From positions 18,094-82,093 of the forward strand of contig JAKAIY010000001.1 of the NCBI GenBank assembly GCA_021814145.1: a stretch of 64,000 nt of DNA, in the 5' to 3' direction. Source of the stretch: Chloroflexota bacterium (GTDB taxonomy: Bacteria; Chloroflexota; Ktedonobacteria; Ktedonobacterales; JADMIN01). A program made the position numbers and the translations under genes. The notes below the pieces were generated by a model. That model was not told the DNA's origin. It did not search any database and worked only from the letters and a program-made list of their open reading frames with translations. Shown one piece after another: positions 59,820 to 64,000 of this stretch (position 1 is its first letter; every line of letters begins with the position of its first letter).

Positions 59820-60860
59820 ATGAACCAGGACCCACAGCGCATCTTGATCACAGGATACAAGGGATTTGTGTCTCCCTATCTCGTGGAGCAATGCGCGCGT
59901 CGCTTTCCGTCGGCCCAGCGGTTTGGCCTTGCGCATGCCGCCTCACAGCGTCCGGTAGCGGATCAGCCACGTCTGAGCGCGCCAGTGGCCCTACCTTCTG
60001 TCACGGAGATTGAGGGCGATATTACTGATGGCGAAAGAATGCGGCAGGTCATCCAGGAAACGCGGCCTGATCTCATCTTTCATCTGGCTGCGGCTTCGTC
60101 CGGCGCCGCTTCGTGGAAAGATCCCGCCGCGGCGCTGATGGTTAACGCCACTGGGCTTGTCCGCCTCATTGAGGCGATACGCGCGGAGCGGCTTACGCCG
60201 CGCATTCTCGTTATTGGTTCTGGAGAGCAGTATGGATTCGTGAGCCCAGGGGAGAATCCAATCACGGAAGAAACACCCTTCCATCCAGCAAATCCTTACG
60301 CGGTTTCGAAAGTCGCCCAGGACCAGCTTGCTTTTATGTTTCACAAGGCGTATGGCCTGGATATCGTGCGCGCCCGCCCATTCAACCACTTTGGCCCGGG
60401 GCAGAGCGCCGAGTTTGTCATCGCCAGCTTTGCGCGGCAAATCGCGCTGATGGAAGCGGGGCGGATTGCGCCCACGATATTTGTCGGGGACCTGAGCTCG
60501 CGTCGCGATTTTCTGCCTGTCGAATCGGTCGCGCGGGCCTATGTCGCGCTGGCGGAGCGCGGGCTAGCGGGCGAGGCCTATAATATTGGCTCCGGCGTCG
60601 CGCGTTCGATCAATTCCATTCTGCAGACCTTGCTGGAGATGGCGGAGATCACCATCCAGACACAGGTTGATCCTGAACGGATCCGGCCAGTGGATGCGCC
60701 AGAACTCTGCGCGGACACCAGAAAAGCGCAGCGTGATACCGGCTGGCGCCCTGATGAGGATATATCTCCAGCGCTCCGCGCCACGCTGGATTATTGGCGC
60801 GCTTCCGTTCGCGCGGATGCTTCCGTTGCGGAGCGTCAGCCGCTCACTCCTGAGCGGTGA
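59820..60860 (+). CDS. rmd: GDP-4-dehydro-6-deoxy-D-mannose reductase-like SDR
   Basis: ILITGYKGFV, NPYAVSKVAQD and ARPFNHFGPGQSAEFVIASFARQIA...GDLSSRRDFLPV resemble Rmd as I recall it from Pseudomonas. Located directly after gmd. Confidence 0.8.
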   Translation: MNQDPQRILITGYKGFVSPYLVEQCARRFPSAQRFGLAHAASQRPVADQPRLSAPVALPSVTEIEGDITDGERMRQVIQETRPDLIFHLAAASSGAASWKDPAAALMVNATGLVRLIEAIRAERLTPRILVIGSGEQYGFVSPGENPITEETPFHPANPYAVSKVAQDQLAFMFHKAYGLDIVRARPFNHFGPGQSAEFVIASFARQIALMEAGRIAPTIFVGDLSSRRDFLPVESVARAYVALAERGLAGEAYNIGSGVARSINSILQTLLEMAEITIQTQVDPERIRPVDAPELCADTRKAQRDTGWRPDEDISPALRATLDYWRASVRADASVAERQPLTPER

Positions 60861-61041
60861 GAGCCTCCAGGCGCTGGTGGCGCCAAACGCGCACAATCCC
60901 AGTTCCCCGCGCGACCGTTGAGTCCGCTCCATGCGCGTCTGGACAACGATTCGACGCGAGTACGCCTGTCCAGCGCATGCGCCGGGCAGGCGTACTCGCG
61001 TCTACTAGCGTACAAGCGGCGTTGCCTGGCGCGCCGCCAGG

Positions 61042-61227
61042 CTATTGGCGGATCAGCGAGAAGTCAATCACGGGCTGGTTGGGACGCACCACTCGTGTCA
61101 CCATGCGCCGCGCAGCAGTGATACGCTCGCTGTTTACCTGGAAGGCGATGAGCGAGCCGAGCGCCACGCCAGCCAGGCTGCCCAGCAGCACTCCCTCAAG
61201 AAAAAACCGATTGCGCAACGTCGCCAT
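61042..61227 (-). CDS. hypothetical small membrane protein (YtxH-like?)
   Basis: GGAGAAAGG RBS upstream. MATLRNRFFLEGVLLGSLAGVALGSLIAF gives one TM helix. Downstream of rsfS on the same strand. Confidence 0.45.
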   Translation of the reverse strand: MATLRNRFFLEGVLLGSLAGVALGSLIAFQVNSERITAARRMVTRVVRPNQPVIDFSLIRQ

Positions 61228-61290
61228 CGCCGTTACCTTTCTCCGCGAACAACCAGCGTCATCTCACGCGGTCCCGTCGCCCACGTGGGA

Positions 61291-61668
61291 CTACTGAAGA
61301 TACACCACCGTAGGAGCCGCGCTCCACAAGCGTTCCAGACGATAAAACTCGCGCTCCATGGGACCGAAGATATGCGCAATGACATCACCGCAGTCTAGCA
61401 GCATCCAGCCGTTTTCCGCTGAGCCTTCGAAGCCGCGTGTCACGACCCCCAGCTCGCTCAGCTTATCCTCGATCGCGTTCGCGATCGCCTGGATCTGCCG
61501 CGGGTTTGCGCCCGTGCAGATAACGAAATAGTCAGCGATGACAGATTGCTCGCGAATATCCAGCGCAACCACATCCGTGGCTTTTTTGTCTATGGCGACA
61601 TCCGCGATAATCTTCGCAACCTCTGCTGAGTCCAGACTGCTGCCCCCTTGAATCGCTACAAGCGCCAG
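61291..61668 (-). CDS. rsfS: ribosome silencing factor RsfS (iojap)
   Basis: DVVALDIREQSVIADYFVICTGANPRQIQAIANAIEDKL...GWMLLDCGDVIAHIFGPMEREFYRLERLW. Homology-like sequence (LDSAEVAKIIADVAIDKKA) continues upstream of the first canonical start (GTG 61572). The 5' end is therefore provisionally placed at CTG 61668. Confidence 0.8.
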   Translation of the reverse strand: MALVAIQGGSSLDSAEVAKIIADVAIDKKATDVVALDIREQSVIADYFVICTGANPRQIQAIANAIEDKLSELGVVTRGFEGSAENGWMLLDCGDVIAHIFGPMEREFYRLERLWSAAPTVVYLQ

Positions 61669-61998
61669 GATTTCAACACCCCTCCCAGACGCATGCGCAG
61701 TGGTGTTGAGACCACTATACCACGGGCGCCTGAGTCGCCGCCCGCATGTTTCAGAAGTGGGTGGCTCTGTTCATCTGTCATGATATACGCATGAACGTCT
61801 ATGCGCGTCTCACAATTGGCGCAATCTGTCTGCTCGGCGCCATTCGGGCAAGCTCAAAAGTCCCGGCGTGATGTCCTGCCTCTCATGCTCGCGATTCGGG
61901 CGCGTTTCATACACCCCACTTGGGGCGCCTCTTGAAGGTGTGAGGTGTATACTGGCAAGCAGTGGCGGCAGGGGCCGTCAGGCGGAGAGTGGAGCGTC

Positions 61999-62868
61999 AT
62001 GCGATATGTGATTCTGGCCGACATCCACGGCAACTATGAGGCGCTCATCGCTGTGTTGCGCGACATCGAGGCGTTTGTCAGCGAGCAGCGCACGACCATT
62101 GATCAAATCTGGTGCCTGGGCGATATTGTCGGCTACGGACCGCAGCCATCCGAATGCGTGCGCACCGTCAGCGAGCTGTGCGCCATCGTCATTGCGGGCA
62201 ACCATGATTGGGCGGCGATCGGCAAGCTCGACCTGGACGAGTTTACCGGGGTAGCGGCTAACTCCGCTGAATGGACCGGCGAGCAGCTTACTCCGAAGGA
62301 GCGCATCTATCTCCGCCAGCTTCCTGAGCGCGAGCGCTCAGGTGATGTGACACTGGCGCATGGCAGCCCGCTCAACCCCATCTGGGAGTATCTCACCTCG
62401 CCTGTTGGGGCGACTCCCAACTTTTCCGCTTTTGGCACCACGTTTTGCCTGGTTGGCCACACTCACGTCCCATCCATCTTCCTCATGCCCGCTGACGCGC
62501 CGCTGCCGCCATCAGCCCCTCTGACGCCCCGCGCGCTCACGGCGGGTGGTATTAACCCTGGCGATAGCGACCTGATGGTTTTCCCCGACTTGCCGGAGCT
62601 AGCCCCGCTTGCCACTGGCCCGCTCTGCGAACAGATCACACCAACCCAGGCGCTCTGGGTGTTGCCTGAGCGCCATCGGGTGATTATCAATCCCGGCAGC
62701 GTTGGTCAGCCGCGCGATGGTGATCCACGCGCGGCGTATCTGATCTATGATACCGACGTCGGCTTCGAGTTTCGCCGGGTCGAATATAATATTGCCGCCA
62801 CCCAGCGGCGGATGGCCGAGCTAGGGCTCTCGCCACGCATGGCCGCCCGCCTGACGCATGGCGTCTGA
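61999..62868 (+). CDS. metallophosphoesterase (calcineurin-like)
   Basis: MRYVILADIHGNYEAL, CLGDIVGYGP, GNHD, and GHTH motifs. Confidence 0.85.
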   Translation: MRYVILADIHGNYEALIAVLRDIEAFVSEQRTTIDQIWCLGDIVGYGPQPSECVRTVSELCAIVIAGNHDWAAIGKLDLDEFTGVAANSAEWTGEQLTPKERIYLRQLPERERSGDVTLAHGSPLNPIWEYLTSPVGATPNFSAFGTTFCLVGHTHVPSIFLMPADAPLPPSAPLTPRALTAGGINPGDSDLMVFPDLPELAPLATGPLCEQITPTQALWVLPERHRVIINPGSVGQPRDGDPRAAYLIYDTDVGFEFRRVEYNIAATQRRMAELGLSPRMAARLTHGV

Positions 62869-62881
62869 GGCCGCCGCACTC

Positions 62882-63133
62882 TCAGCGTCCCCGGTCGCGA
62901 TAGAACGGTTCGGTGTCCCGCTCCTGCGCGCTCATCATGACCTCGATGAAACTGATGCGGGTGAGAGGAAACATAAACCGGAACGCGCCGTTCGTGACCC
63001 ACTGGACATGCTTGCCCTCACGTGTCCGGGGATTCGTGAGCATCAGATAGGTCGCGCCAGGCGGTGGCAGCTCCTCCATCTCGGCGGTGAATGGCTCATC
63101 ATTCAAGAGATGAATGACCACTTGTACGGCCAT
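62882..63133 (-). CDS. hypothetical small protein (83 aa)
   Basis: Start placed at ATG 63133 (AAAGGA upstream). The longest ORF reaches 63286 and would overlap the FHA gene. No family recognised. Confidence 0.45.
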   Translation of the reverse strand: MAVQVVIHLLNDEPFTAEMEELPPPGATYLMLTNPRTREGKHVQWVTNGAFRFMFPLTRISFIEVMMSAQERDTEPFYRDRGR

Positions 63134-63216
63134 GGGTATGGGGGTCCTTTCGTCCAGCGACGCGTACCGCCGCGAATTGAGTCGCCCGGCGCGGACGCGC
63201 GCCGCTCGAATCACAT

Positions 63217-63768
63217 CTACTGAAATTCCACGGTCAGGACAATTCCACCCAGGCGGATCTCGTCTCCGTCCTTCAGCGGATACCACTGACGCTCCATCAG
63301 CCGGAAGTTATTATGAATGGTCTCGTTACGGCTGCCCATGTCTTCTATAAAGACACCTTCCTGCCGCACATGGATCATCACGTGCTCCCGTGAGACGCCC
63401 ACCTCATACCCATACCACTGCGCCAGATCAACGTCTGGCCGCTCGCGCCCCAAGCCGATCCGCCCAATTGTGTAATCCGGCTTGCCCCGCAGCGTGAACC
63501 GCTGCCCTGTAGCAAGCCGCAGCACAATCACACTGGGCGCGCGTTCCGCCTCAGGGGACGCTGGCGCTGCCGCCGCGTTTGGGAAGACAGGCTGTGCGGT
63601 CTGACCAGATGATTGGACGCTGGCGCTTAACTCGCGCCCACAGAAGTCACAGAAAATCGCGCCATTGTCCATTTCCGCCAGGCAGTGTTGACACTTGATC
63701 ACAGCAGCCCCGCCCCCTACCCCAATGGTGAACTTGGGGAACCCGTCCAGCACGCCCATGACGCGCAT
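63217..63768 (-). CDS. FHA-domain protein with an N-terminal zinc ribbon
   Basis: CQHCLAEMDNGAIFCDFCG (zinc ribbon). YTIGRIGLGRERPDVDL...VSREHVMIHVRQEGVFIEDMGSRNETIHNNFRL (FHA). Confidence 0.85.
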   Translation of the reverse strand: MRVMGVLDGFPKFTIGVGGGAAVIKCQHCLAEMDNGAIFCDFCGRELSASVQSSGQTAQPVFPNAAAAPASPEAERAPSVIVLRLATGQRFTLRGKPDYTIGRIGLGRERPDVDLAQWYGYEVGVSREHVMIHVRQEGVFIEDMGSRNETIHNNFRLMERQWYPLKDGDEIRLGGIVLTVEFQ

Positions 63769-63906
63769 GATAGCCAGCCAGGTGTTCCTGTGTCAAGCGG
63801 TTGAGCGCTCTATGGCAGAGCCGGCGTCTGGCGTCTCCTGGCGGCCTCAATCCTCCGCGCGGGCCGGCATCGGGACACTTCACGGGTCCCGCGCTCCATG
63901 GGTCTG

Positions 63907-64000
63907 TCAGGCGGTTATGTTCTGCGCCAGCCGCGCGCGTTTCCAGTCTTGCGCGCGTGTCAGCAGGTCGCGCGCGTTCGCCCGCGACGCGCTCGTGCTG
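63907..64000 (-). CDS. 3' end of an unidentified gene that starts beyond the window
   Basis: The reverse-strand frame reads ...SRANARDLLTRAQDWKRARLAQNITA, then TGA (63907..63909). G/C dominates the third codon positions in this frame. Only 30 codons are visible. Confidence 0.3.
   Translation of the reverse strand, partial: STSASRANARDLLTRAQDWKRARLAQNITA

Overview
GC-rich, densely coding bacterial chromosomal segment. The gene content and the IS605/IS1341-type TnpB right end suggest a Chloroflexota (Ktedonobacteria-like) organism, but this is inference only. I support about 57 protein genes, mostly housekeeping or metabolic. Left to right they are: a REC-histidine kinase plus NtrC-type sigma-54 activator; acyl-CoA dehydrogenase; a MacB/FtsX-type ABC exporter; an XRE-TPR regulator; a DUF255 thioredoxin-fold protein; kynA; nrdR; a DUF4388 / Cache-MCP-like / cNMP-binding signalling trio; pcrA; rpsU; hemE; a DUF2079 membrane protein; a GlcD-like oxidase; a SWIM mini-protein; an RRM RNA-binding protein with a long tandem-repeat tail; a decayed TnpB remnant; speB; ilvA; a deoxyhypusine-synthase-like gene; a four-gene NAD-type formate dehydrogenase operon; an XPB-Bax1-zinc-finger-mutY-mazG DNA-repair block; a glycan cluster (FemAB-like, two GT4, priming phosphotransferase, gmd, rmd); rsfS; a metallophosphoesterase; and an FHA protein. 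I saw no rRNA, tRNA or CRISPR array. Many long ORFs in the track are antisense or off-frame shadows typical of high-GC DNA. The observations most worth follow-up are: (1) the formate dehydrogenase alpha subunit is encoded as two genes, split at the Fe-S/molybdopterin junction and placed in permuted order around the NuoE/NuoF-like genes, and the catalytic piece carries an in-frame UGA (selenocysteine) with a SECIS-like hairpin; (2) an archaeal-style XPB helicase - Bax1 (DUF790) nuclease pair is followed by an uncharacterised protein with two DnaJ-CR-type four-CxxC zinc modules; (3) an orphan TnpB right end (omega-RNA-like) abuts the agmatinase start; (4) an RRM protein carries about 18 tandem 9-aa ERPPRREY[GE] repeats. 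All family assignments rest on motifs I recognised by eye. No database search was run.
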